Assembly (NCBI GenBank): GCA_963727895.1 | Contig: CAVSHT010000003.1 | Coordinates: 224,001-288,000, forward strand | DNA: 64,000 nucleotides | Direction: 5' to 3' | Origin: an uncultured Methanosarcinaceae archaeon | GTDB taxonomy: Archaea > Halobacteriota > Methanosarcinia > Methanosarcinales > Methanosarcinaceae | In this document: positions 44,826 to 54,697 of the stretch, one piece after another | Position numbering within the stretch: the first letter of the stretch is position 1 | Layout: every line of letters starts with the position of its first letter | Notes under the pieces: generated by a model | Told to the model about the DNA's origin: nothing | What the model saw: only the letters and a program-made list of their open reading frames with translations | Databases searched by the model: none | Position numbers and translations under genes: made by a program

Positions 44826-44865
44826 TCTAACTGGATACTCACCTCAAGATGAGTATCCAGTTAGA
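44826..44865. repeat. Perfect 16-bp inverted repeat upstream of ilvB
   Basis: TCTAACTGGATACTCA - 8-nt loop - TGAGTATCCAGTTAGA. Confidence 0.9.
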
Positions 44866-44899
44866 TCTAAATTTAAATCAGATTAAAAGGAGTTTAATA

Positions 44900-46666
44900 A
44901 TGACAACCGGGTCAACAGAAAAAGTTAATGGCGCAAGGGCTCTGATAAAGTGCCTGGAAGAAGAAGGGGTTGACACCATCTTCGGATATCCAGGAGGGCA
45001 AATCATTCCCTTCTATAACGAACTTTATGATTCGAATTTGCGCCATATACTTGTGCGCCATGAACAGGCAGCAGCTCACGCTGCAGACGGGTACGCTCGC
45101 GCTACTGGAAAGACCGGGGTCTGCGTTTCCACTTCAGGTCCCGGAGCAACTAACTTGGTAACAGGCATTGCTACCGCATATATGGATTCAGTACCTATTG
45201 TAGCCTTAACAGGCCAGGTTCCGACGTTTTTGATAGGTAATGATGCCTTCCAGGAAGCCGATATTACGGGAATTACCCAGCCCATTACCAAGCACAACTA
45301 CCTCATTCAGGATGCAAAAGAACTCCCACGAATTGTAAAAGAGGCTTTCCATATTGCTTCTACTGGAAGGCCTGGCCCGGTATTAGTAGACATTCCAAAA
45401 GACGTACAGAATATGGAGATTGACTTTTACTATCCTGACAAAGTAGAACTTAGAGGGTATAAGCCAACTTACAAAGGTAATGCTCAACAGATCAAAAGAG
45501 CTGCTGAGGAAATCGCAAATTCCTGTATGCCTATTATTTATGCCGGCGGCGGTGTGATAAGTTCTAATTCAAGCGCCGAGCTTGTGGAACTGGCTGAGAC
45601 AGTTAATGCTCCGGTTACAACCACCCTTATGGGAATAGGCTCGATTCCTACAGAACATCCACTCTATGTAGGAATGCTTGGAATGCACGGGAGCAAATAC
45701 GCAAACTACGCAATTCAAGAATCGGATCTTATTATTGCTGTAGGCGCAAGGTTCGATGATCGTGTTACTGGAAAACTCGATTCTTTTGCTCCAAATGCCA
45801 GGGTTATCCATATTGATGTCGATCCTGCAGAGATCTCCAAAAATGTAAAGGTTCACATCCCAATAGTTGGAGATGCAAAACAGATACTTAAATCTCTGAA
45901 TAAACATATACGCCTCTGTAATTCCAAAGCCTGGCTTGAGAAAATAAACCAGTGGAAAAAAGAGTATCCATTGAGCTATACACAGGTTTCATCTGACGTT
46001 GTCATGCCTCAGTTCGTTATTGAACAGATATCTGAGGCCTGCAAGGATGCAATTATAGTTACTGAAGTCGGTCAGCACCAGATGTGGGCTGCTCAGTTCT
46101 TCAAATATAAAGAACCGAGGACTTTTATTACCTCAGGAGGGCTTGGCACAATGGGCTATGGTTTCCCTGCAGCTATAGGAGCTAAGGTTGGCAGACCGGA
46201 TAAAACGGTTATCAACATTGCAGGAGACGGATCTTTCCAAATGAACTCTCAGGAGCTTGCAACCGTAGTTCAAAATGATATCCCAGTTGTTTCTGTAATT
46301 CTTAATAACGGTTATCTGGGTATGGTCAGGCAGTGGCAGGAACTTTTCTATGAAAAGCGGTATTCTCACACTTACATCAAGGGCAGTGTTGATTTCGTTA
46401 AACTTGCCGAGGCCTACGGAGCCCTTGGATTGCGTGCGGAAAAGCCGTCTGAGGTAAGGCCTGCAATTGAAGAAGCTGTTAATTCAGGTAGACCTGCTGT
46501 TGTTGAAGTCATTGTTGAGTGTGAAGCAAACGTTTATCCTATGGTGCCGGCTGGAGCTGCAATTAATGAAATTCTTGATACGGAAGAACATGCAGACACT
46601 CCTTGCGCTATGCCTAATCTGCGCATGGTAACAGCTGATAGAGTTCTTGATCTGGAGGAACAGTGA
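44900..46666 (+). CDS. ilvB: Acetolactate synthase large subunit
   Basis: [33 protein letters not shown] motif GDGSFQMN ... [20 protein letters not shown] before ATG 44900. Confidence 0.96.
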   Translation: MTTGSTEKVNGARALIKCLEEEGVDTIFGYPGGQIIPFYNELYDSNLRHILVRHEQAAAHAADGYARATGKTGVCVSTSGPGATNLVTGIATAYMDSVPIVALTGQVPTFLIGNDAFQEADITGITQPITKHNYLIQDAKELPRIVKEAFHIASTGRPGPVLVDIPKDVQNMEIDFYYPDKVELRGYKPTYKGNAQQIKRAAEEIANSCMPIIYAGGGVISSNSSAELVELAETVNAPVTTTLMGIGSIPTEHPLYVGMLGMHGSKYANYAIQESDLIIAVGARFDDRVTGKLDSFAPNARVIHIDVDPAEISKNVKVHIPIVGDAKQILKSLNKHIRLCNSKAWLEKINQWKKEYPLSYTQVSSDVVMPQFVIEQISEACKDAIIVTEVGQHQMWAAQFFKYKEPRTFITSGGLGTMGYGFPAAIGAKVGRPDKTVINIAGDGSFQMNSQELATVVQNDIPVVSVILNNGYLGMVRQWQELFYEKRYSHTYIKGSVDFVKLAEAYGALGLRAEKPSEVRPAIEEAVNSGRPAVVEVIVECEANVYPMVPAGAAINEILDTEEHADTPCAMPNLRMVTADRVLDLEEQ

Positions 46667-47151
46667 TGAAGCACACACTTGCAGTCCTTGTGGAAAATAA
46701 GTCTGGAGTTCTCTCCAGGGTTGCCTCTCTTTTTTCAAGGCGAGGATATAATATCGACAGTCTGGCTGTAGGAGTTACGGAAGATCCAGAAATTTCTAGA
46801 ATGACTATTGTGGTTCAGGGAGATGATCAGGTTCTAGAGCAGGTCACAAAACAGCTGAACAAGCTCATAGATGTTATTAAAGTCTCGGATATCGGAGCTG
46901 ATGATGCGGTTGAAAGGGAACTTGCGCTCATCAAGGTCTCTGCTGATGTGACTTCAAGAGCTGAAATTATCCAGATTGTAAACATTTTCAGGGCAAGAAT
47001 AGTGGATGTTGCTCCCAAGTCCATAACTGTTGAAGTTACAGGAGATGAAAGCAAAATAAATGCGATTGAAAAACTCCTTCGGCAGTTTGGAATTAAAGAA
47101 ATGGTTCGAACAGGTAAGATTGCTCTGGGTCGCGGCCCAAAGAAGGTTTAA
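46663..47151 (+). CDS. ilvH: Acetolactate synthase small (regulatory) subunit
   Basis: [28 protein letters not shown] domain, [17 protein letters not shown]. Confidence 0.95.
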   Translation: MMKHTLAVLVENKSGVLSRVASLFSRRGYNIDSLAVGVTEDPEISRMTIVVQGDDQVLEQVTKQLNKLIDVIKVSDIGADDAVERELALIKVSADVTSRAEIIQIVNIFRARIVDVAPKSITVEVTGDESKINAIEKLLRQFGIKEMVRTGKIALGRGPKKV

Positions 47152-47432
47152 ATAATAAGGACAGGTAAAGAAAGGTAGCTGCTTAATAATTTTATCGATT
47201 GGGGCGTCTAGAAGCGTTTTGAATAGACGAGAAGTTTCATTTAAGGCAGGTCTGGGTTTTCAGGCATCTGCTGAAACTTCAAAAATTGTCCCTCTCTAAA
47301 TAAAGCAACTTCCTAACATCTATACAAATCAAATCAATTCACAGGGAAGTTAACGGATTTCATGATATTATACTTCCCCCAAAATAATTGGAGCTTTGCT
47401 CAAAACTGAAAAATTAATCAGGAGAATCTAAT

Positions 47433-48440
47433 ATGGCTACAATAATTTATGATAGTGAGACTACTTTTGATGCACTTAAGGACAGGACTATCGCAGTAAT
47501 GGGTTATGGGAGTCAGGGACATGCTCACGCCCGTAATCTCCATGAGTCTGGACTCAATGTTATTGTTGGGCTCAGAAACGGCAGTTCAAGCTGGGCAAAG
47601 GCTGAGGGCGACGGCCTGAAAGTCATGACTGTTTCAGAGGCTGCAAAAGCTGCAGATTTTATCATGGTCCTCCTTCCGGACGAAAAACAGGCTTCTGTCT
47701 ATTATTCTGAAATCGAGCCAAATCTGGAAGTAGGTAATGCACTTGCTTTTGCGCACGGTTTCAATATTCACTATAGCCAGATTGTTCCCCCGAAAAACGT
47801 TGATGTTGTCATGATTGCTCCCAAAGGTCCTGGTCACATTGTGAGAAGAACCTACACCGAAGGTATCGGAGTGCCAGCCCTGATTGCAGTCTACCAGGAT
47901 GCAACAGGAAATGCCAGGGAAATTGCTCTTTCTTACGCCAAAGGTATCGGTGCAACCAGAGCAGGTGTCTATGAGACTACTTTCCGTGAAGAAACAGAAA
48001 CCGACCTTTTCGGAGAACAGGTTGATCTGTGTGGAGGAATTTCATCTCTTATCAAGACCGCTTTTGAAGTTCTTGTTGAGGCAGGATACCAGCCTGAAAT
48101 GGCATATTTCGAAACATGTCACGAGGTCAAGCTCATTGTCGACCTTATCTATGAAGGCGGGCTTGAGAGAATGTGGCATTCTGTTTCCAACACTGCAGAA
48201 TACGGTGGTATGACTGTCGGTCCAACTATTATTAATGATGAGTCACGCGAAGCCATGTATGAAGCTCTGGCAAGAATTCAGAACGGCGAGTTTGCCAAGG
48301 AATTCGTGCTTGAAGGAATGGTCAACCATCCTGTGCTCAAAGCCATGGAACGCCAGGAAAAGGAACACCAGCTTGAAGTTGTCGGAAAACAAATCCGCGC
48401 AAACATCCCCTGGCTCAACAAGAAGATTGACGACGACTGA
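47433..48440 (+). CDS. ilvC: Ketol-acid reductoisomerase
   Basis: [41 protein letters not shown]. Confidence 0.97.
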   Translation: MATIIYDSETTFDALKDRTIAVMGYGSQGHAHARNLHESGLNVIVGLRNGSSSWAKAEGDGLKVMTVSEAAKAADFIMVLLPDEKQASVYYSEIEPNLEVGNALAFAHGFNIHYSQIVPPKNVDVVMIAPKGPGHIVRRTYTEGIGVPALIAVYQDATGNAREIALSYAKGIGATRAGVYETTFREETETDLFGEQVDLCGGISSLIKTAFEVLVEAGYQPEMAYFETCHEVKLIVDLIYEGGLERMWHSVSNTAEYGGMTVGPTIINDESREAMYEALARIQNGEFAKEFVLEGMVNHPVLKAMERQEKEHQLEVVGKQIRANIPWLNKKIDDD

Positions 48441-48512
48441 TTTTGTTGTTTGACAGCCTTTATACAGAAGATTCATAAATCTGTAAATAGAAAATCAATC
48501 CGGAGGGAAATA

Positions 48513-49055
48513 ATGCCAGTAACAGGAGAAAACAAAGTCATTGACACTATCCTCAATAGAAGGAGTGTCAGAGAGTTTACGGACAAACCTGTCAGCAAGG
48601 AAGATATTAACACTATCCTTAATGCAGGTCATTGGGCGCCTTCCGGATTGAATAACCAGCCCTGGCGTTTCGTTGTTATCAGGGATCGTGAAACTATCCA
48701 GAAACTCTCGGAATGCACGCATTATTCAGGTATTGTGGCAGGAGCTCCTCTGATTATTGCTACTTTTCTGGACAATGAAACTTCTTACAACAGGACAAAA
48801 GATATTGAGGCAATAGGGGCAGCAATTGAGAATATGCTCCTTACTTGCTGTGGACTGGGTCTTGGCGGAGTCTGGCTTGGAGAAATCCTGAATCAAAAGG
48901 AAAAGGTCAATTCCATTCTGGAATGTCCTTCTGATTTTGAGCTGATGTCTGCTCTTGCAATTGGGGAACCAGTTCCTAAAGAAAGAACTTCAACACGCAG
49001 GCCTCTTTCAGAAATAGTGTTTGATGAAAAGTACGGCCAGAAATGGGAAGAGTAA
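48513..49055 (+). CDS. Nitroreductase family protein
   Basis: RRSVREF, APSGLNNQPWRF, GLGGVW; GGAGG RBS before ATG 48513. Confidence 0.92.
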   Translation: MPVTGENKVIDTILNRRSVREFTDKPVSKEDINTILNAGHWAPSGLNNQPWRFVVIRDRETIQKLSECTHYSGIVAGAPLIIATFLDNETSYNRTKDIEAIGAAIENMLLTCCGLGLGGVWLGEILNQKEKVNSILECPSDFELMSALAIGEPVPKERTSTRRPLSEIVFDEKYGQKWEE

Positions 49056-49224
49056 ACCTATCCTGATATTTTCAGGCTAGTTTCCCTTTCAATTTGTTTT
49101 TATTCATTAAATATGCTTTAATTCCGTTAGGGATTAAGTTTATAAGCCATTTAACACTATTACCAGCCAGGTGACTCATCTTAGTTTCGTTTGTCAGTTG
49201 GCTGATCCAAACTTTTTCGTGTAA

Positions 49225-49296
49225 AGGTCTGTAGTGTAGAGGATATCACTGGAGCCTCCGGAGCTTCGAACCTGGGTTCGATTCCCAGCAGACCTG
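49225..49296 (+). tRNA. tRNA-Arg (anticodon CCG)
   Basis: Cloverleaf: AGGTCTG/CAGACCT acceptor, GTG/CAC D-stem, GGAGC-CTCCGGA-GCTTC anticodon arm, CTGGG-TTCGATT-CCCAG T-arm, discriminator G, then oligo-T. Confidence 0.93.
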
Positions 49297-49414
49297 TTTT
49301 TAAAAAATTGATTTAATTGATTTTATTTTTATATTATTCCTGGCATAAGGTATGAAGACAGAAAGTAAAAACAAAATATCAAAAAACATAATCGGTTTTG
49401 AAGGTGTTTATATA

Positions 49415-49594
49415 ATGTCTAGAGGATTAAATCGTCGCTTTCTGCGTGCTGGAAGAAGGATATCTTTAGTTCAGTTAATTCTCATAGCGATAATACTTTA
49501 CTTTTTACTGAGAATTCTTTTACCGCTTTTGTGGACTCTCTTTTTGATTGTCGTTCTGATTATACTGTTGAAAGTAGTGCTGGATAATTTTTAA
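49415..49594 (+). CDS. Small basic membrane protein (59 aa)
   Basis: AAGGTG RBS, Arg-rich N-terminus followed by a long hydrophobic stretch (two helices). Confidence 0.6.
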   Translation: MSRGLNRRFLRAGRRISLVQLILIAIILYFLLRILLPLLWTLFLIVVLIILLKVVLDNF

Positions 49595-50220
49595 TTAATT
49601 TTTGATTCACTTCAGATATTTCTGAACTTTTGGATGTTGGAACGTATTATCTAGAAACAGAAGTAAATTAGTAACTATATACTGAATAGTTACTATTATT
49701 TTTTAGCTAATTTCTTCATCAAATTCAATTTTGCCTGAATATTGAGGGTTTCTACAGAGCCAAAAAAGAAAAAAGAGAAGAGAATATGGGGGGAATAAAT
49801 TTCTCTTTTCTAGGGAAAACTGTTAAAGACGTAATAATTAAAAAACTTTTGAAAGTATATTTAATATCGTCAGGAAACTCTATAAATTCAAAGGATGGCT
49901 AAAAAACTAGAATCTCAAAAGTCTGTTACTAAGAATTAGCTTGCTATTATAATTTGCAGGGAAGCTCTCCCCCAAAAGCTCCCTGAGCATTCACAAAAAG
50001 AGGTTTATTTTACACACTCTAAATACAACCTATTATCTTATCAAAATTACAGAAGAAATTTTTCTGAATATTATTTCGAGATAAAAGAAGTTGAATAGTT
50101 TAAATCACTGAGTAAATTAGAAAGCTATTGAAACTCCAGGAAACAAAAAGCTATGGTGGATATTCTGGTGGTAATTGCACTCTGAAATTATGAATAGATA
50201 ATTGAGAAAAATTTTTGGGA

Positions 50221-51239
50221 TTATTTAAAACGGTTGTATTTCTTATGCGCCTGTTCAGCCGTTATTATATTAAAAACAAGGGCATTGATACTTAAACATA
50301 GTTATATACTATTAGAAAGTATATTTCTTCATGAACTGCCCCAGATGCAATAGTTCCAGTCACAAAAAGAACGGTATAGTTGGTGGTCGTCAACGGTACA
50401 AATGCCATGATTGTGGATATAACTATACAGTAGAGCTAAAATCAACTGCTTTTTTCGCCTCTGTTAAAAAACAGGCTTTACAACTTTACCTTGAAGGATT
50501 GGGCTTTCGTTCAATAGGACGATTTTTAGGGGTGAGTCATGTTTCTGTCCAAAGATGGATCAAGAAATTTGGTCCGGAGTTAGAGGACCTAAAAAGTGAA
50601 AATGAGATATCTATTGTTGAAATGGATGAAATGCACACTTACATCGGTAACAAAAAAATATTGCTGGATCTGGATTGCTGTTGATAGAGTTGGGAAAAAG
50701 TTCATCAACTGCTCTTTTGGCAGCAGAGGAACGGAAACTGGAAAACTACTCTGGGAAAAATTGAAGAAAAAAGACATTGGAGAAGTGATGACAGATCACT
50801 GGAGAGCATATGCAGAGTTTCTTCCTGAAACGATTCATACTCAATCAAAAGCAGAAACGTATACTGTTGAAGGAGATATAACAGCATATTGAGGCATTTT
50901 TTAGCAAGGTTGAGAAGAAAGACAAAGTGTTATACAAAAAGTCTTGAAATGCTAAAGTACTCGGTTATTCTATTGATGAAATACAGAAATAAAGAACTAG
51001 ATATAGTTAAGTAACAATGCCAAAACAAGAGCTTCACTTCTTTCAAAATCAATTTCATATAAAATACGAAAATCGCCTACCTGAAGCCGATAAACTGTCT
51101 TATGACTTCCTTTTACCTCTTTTTTGTTTCCCCCTGGCAAGGGATCTTTTAGTTCACGAAGAGCCTCTTTTATTTGATCCCTTCGATTTACAGGAACATT
51201 TTCGAAGACCTTAGGGTGAATCAGAACTTTAAAGGTCAT
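50221..51239 (-). pseudogene. RelE/ParE-family toxin interrupted by IS1 copy 4
   Basis: YRLQVGDFRILYEID RelE motif; removing the IS restores an 89-aa ORF ending ...EALVFNIITAEQAHKKYNRFK* at 50221. Confidence 0.85.
50281..51021 (+). mobile_element. IS1-family element, copy 4 (defective)
   Basis: GGCATTGATAC ... GTAACAATGCC ends; perfect 8-bp TSD AAAACAAG; slip site shortened to A7 and a 2-bp insertion near 50873. Confidence 0.95.
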
Positions 51240-51423
51240 CGATGCTCACGAACTCGTCACGATGTTCTTTTATGAGCTTATCACCTTAGTCTATAAGTTT
51301 ATTGCAGTTGTGTTCATGGATCAATTTTCGTATAACGGTATTATAGTCATCACCCATTTTCCCAATGTTTTTTAACTCCTCGCGAGTGTCTTTAGATATC
51401 TGTATAGTTGTAGTTTCTGACAT
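51229..51423 (-). pseudogene. Cognate antitoxin (RHH-like N-terminus) with a premature stop
   Basis: MSETTTIQISKDTREELKNIGKMGDDYNTVIRKLIHEHNCNKLID*GDKLIKEHRDEFVSIDDL*; TAA at 51286-51288; true stop overlaps the toxin start. Confidence 0.8.
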
Positions 51424-52010
51424 AATAGTCACTATAACTATTATGGTATTTATAACATATGATGTACAGTGAAATAAATTATTAAGGTAGTCATGCAGAT
51501 GTAATTATTGAAAGAACGCGCCATGAAGACTATCCATCTGAACTCAAAAACCCCATTCTGCTAGTATATAGGAATATTCAAGTCAATTTCGATTTTTAAA
51601 AACAGACTGTATGAAAAATTTTGAAATCTGAAATTTTACTGCGAAAAGTGAGTTTTATTTTCAGGTTCACTGTTTAACTTTTAGAATATGTCGTTTTTAC
51701 ATTTCATTTTAAAAATGTCTCAAAGCGGCTTAGAATGATATATTTTTTTTACTGTTAATGGCAACACAAAAACGCAATGAGAAAGGAATCCAGAAAAACT
51801 CAAAAATGCAGTAATTTTCCTGTAAAAATACTACATTTCATAAACGTAGTTTTTCTCAAAAACTCTACATTTTGTCCTTGGATTAACCAAATTTCACTCA
51901 AATTCCCCTTAATACTCCTAGGGAATACATAGTTTTACAACAAAACTTGTACATCGAATAAACTGCAAAAATAAACAGATTTAGCATGAAAGTACATGAG
52001 GAGATTATCC

Positions 52011-53271
52011 TCACGTGCTCTCTTGATCCTTTTTCCCCATAATCGCAAATATTTCACTAATTATTTTAATCCGTTCATCAACCGAAAAAATCTCAGTCTC
52101 AATAATCTTTCTCTTTTGGATTTCTCTTTTGATATCCGGTTTCATCTTCGTCCATCTCATCGTTTGTAATAAGATGCCATAGTATCGTTGCAATTTTCCT
52201 TGCTAAGGCAATAATTGCTTTTGCATGTCCAATCGACTTCTTTTTTCTGTTAAAAAACTCTTTTAACCTGCTATTCTTCTTTCTTGCTGCTGCTTGAGCA
52301 ATCTGTGTCAGAATCCACCTTGCTACTTTTGATCCCCTCTTTGTGATTCTGCCGTTATAGTATTTATCTGCAGATTGATACACATTAGGAACTAGACCAA
52401 GCCAAGAAGCAAGCTTATTTCCAGAAGAAAAATCCTTAAAGTTGCCTATTTCAGCAAGTAAAATTGCCGCACCAAGTTCCCCTATACCTGGAACTGACAT
52501 TAAAATCTCCATTTCTCGCTTATGATTTCGAGAAGCATAATTAAAAATTTCTTTTTCTAAAGCTTCGAGTTCATCATCAAGACTTTTTATGAGTTTCAGA
52601 CAGATCTGAAGTCTGAATGCAGCACTTTGAGAAATTTCTCGATCAAGAATTTCTCTTATCTGAGCAGCTTTTTTCCGAACATTTGGAGAGAGGCTTGCAA
52701 TAATCTGATCAACACTCTTACCTGAAGAGATTCCTAATAAGATCATTCTGCCATTCTTGCCAAAAACGTCTGTCAGCACATTATTCAGGTGTAGCATTTC
52801 AGATGCAAGAATTGAATTTCAGATGCAAGAATTGAGTGAACTTTATTTTTTAAATCTGTTCTTTTTTGTACAAGTGTTAACCGAAGTCGAACATATGATC
52901 TAAAATCTATATGATCCTTTGGAAAAACTCTTGATGGCTGAATCATATTATTAAGTGCAAGTTGTGCAATGACTTCTGAGTCAATCTTATCTGTTTTTTA
53001 TGGGTAAATACCTTCATATCTCGCGCATTTCCAACTATCACAGTTAGATGCTTTACCAATGAATCATGAATCGGAACCCAAAAGTAGCTGGTTGATTCAC
53101 ATGCAACAACATCACATTTTTCTGATATTACCCAATTTTTAAGGGCTAAAATTCCTTCATCATCTCTGTTGAAGCGTTGCTGTTGTTTTTCACCAGATAT
53201 ACTGAGAATTGTAGCAATGAAAAAGAGTTTGTGAATGTCTAAACCACAAGCTTTGTTATGACTTCAATCAA
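52011..53271 (-). pseudogene. IS110-family transposase/recombinase, multiply frameshifted
   Basis: CGLDIHK, ACEST, DKIDS (DEDD), SVPGIG, WLGLVP..YQSADK, ALARK; several 1-bp indels and a 20-bp tandem duplication at 52796-52835. Confidence 0.9.
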
Positions 53272-53290
53272 ATTAGATCACCAAATTTAT

Positions 53291-53424
53291 TTGGGCAGTG
53301 GAATTGCCTAAAAGGCCAATTTAGCATCCGTGATCAAAGTCACACTTGAGCCTTCGATGGCAATTCACTGATTAGTTTTAGGACGGTTTTGAAAAACCAA
53401 AATCGAGACAACCTTACTGCCCAA
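53291..53424 (-). ncRNA. Candidate IS110 bridge/seek RNA
   Basis: 9-bp closing stem TTGGGCAGT/ACTGCCCAA enclosing two hairpins with internal loops, directly upstream of the transposase. Confidence 0.55.
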
Positions 53425-53559
53425 GGTAATGAGGACTTAATAGTCAAAAAAAAGAACGGAGAGTACTGTCATTAGTTGTGCTTGTTATTCGAAGAAAAGC
53501 ATGTGCGTTGTAGGGGTGAGTCATGTGCAGTAGATATTAATAATATTTTCATATAATGT

Positions 53560-54394
53560 CTAGTTAGACAGCTCAGAATGAAACACTTCTTTATTCAGTC
53601 CATATGTTTTTACTAGAAATTTTACTTTCTCTAAGAACTCATTGGGTGACGTGGGAGATATGTATATTTTTTCAACTAATGTGTCTAATGAAATATTAAC
53701 GTACATTCCTTTACGTTCTACATTTTCGTCATCGTCTTCTTCTTTTTCTGTATCCTCAAATGCAACTATGGCTCTGATCTCTTTTTCTTCTACGAAATCT
53801 TTTTATCTTTTGTATAAGAAAGGGCAATAATCATTTCCAAGAACTATTTTTAATTCTTCGTTAATAGGTTATTTTTCCGAGAAATACTGTAGGCTTATTA
53901 TTACTAAAACAGTCTTGTAATCTTTTAAAATTTGATTGAATTGCAATGCCTGTCTCTTTTTCAGTGTACTTATCCCACATATATTTTGACTCGCATTCAT
54001 TCATATGAAAGCATTTTATAACAATTTCGTTCCTTGAACGATTTTTTCGCATATTGAGTATAATTTGTATCACTGGCACTTCTATATCTTTACCACTGTA
54101 GTTATCTATCAGATCTTTAAAAAGTTAAATGGTATCAATGTCTGTATCTGTATTGTAAAGTTCAGTTAACAATATTTGTATATTTTCGTCTTTGCATCTA
54201 TCCCGAAGCTCATGAATTGTGTTAAAGTCGGCATCAGTGGGACAACCTTCCCTAGGATCATCAAAAGAATTAGGACTTGAATAAAATAGCTTTTTAGTTT
54301 CTAACAATTCAACAAAATGTTTATATTTCATATAATGCCATATTTTTACCGAATCATTATCAGGCAGTTTGAAATATTTGTGCTCTTGATACAT
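53560..54394 (-). pseudogene. DUF2971-like protein, fragmented
   Basis: IWHYM ... FDDPREG, CFH ... ESKYMWDKY ... GIAIQ, EEKEIRA, IYISP motifs spread over several broken frames. Confidence 0.65.
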
Positions 54395-54446
54395 AATGTG
54401 AAATCCTTTTATATTTGATTAATTTTGATGAAAAAAATTAGTTAAT

Positions 54447-54576
54447 GAGTTATCTCGAAACTCAAAGGTTGATTTTTGAATCTCGTATTTGGAGCAGTCA
54501 ATCGAATATATGATCAGGGGGAATGACTCTGAAAACTCCTGATGATTTAGAATAAAACAGGTTTTGGGATAGGCTC
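54447..54576. mobile_element. 130-bp MITE-like element, copy B (inverted relative to copy A)
   Basis: Ends GAGTTATCTCGAAAC / GTTTTGGGATAGGCTC; same length as and internally homologous to 40262-40391. Confidence 0.7.
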
Positions 54577-54697
54577 TATGAGAAACGCATAGGAACTTGT
54601 TATACTTTTTCTGTTCGAGTTTTTACTCACTCAAAAAATAGAACATTACAATATTTAATAGCCTTTTAATTAAAAAAGAAACCAGAATATTCTGGCT

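Larger units (their letters stand above)
51983..53503 (-). mobile_element. IS110-family element (boundaries inferred)
   Basis: Decayed DEDD transposase plus about 230 bp of non-coding end; no TIRs; AGCATG present at both inferred junctions (51983-51988 and 53498-53503). Confidence 0.7.

Noticed and set aside
49742..49761. Possible orphan IS terminus (GGGTTTCTACAGAGCC)
   Set aside because: No partner end or transposase remnant recognised; unsupported from this window alone
49225..54600. Integrative element or provirus at tRNA-Arg
   Set aside because: No integrase, no duplicated tRNA 3' end and no viral genes seen
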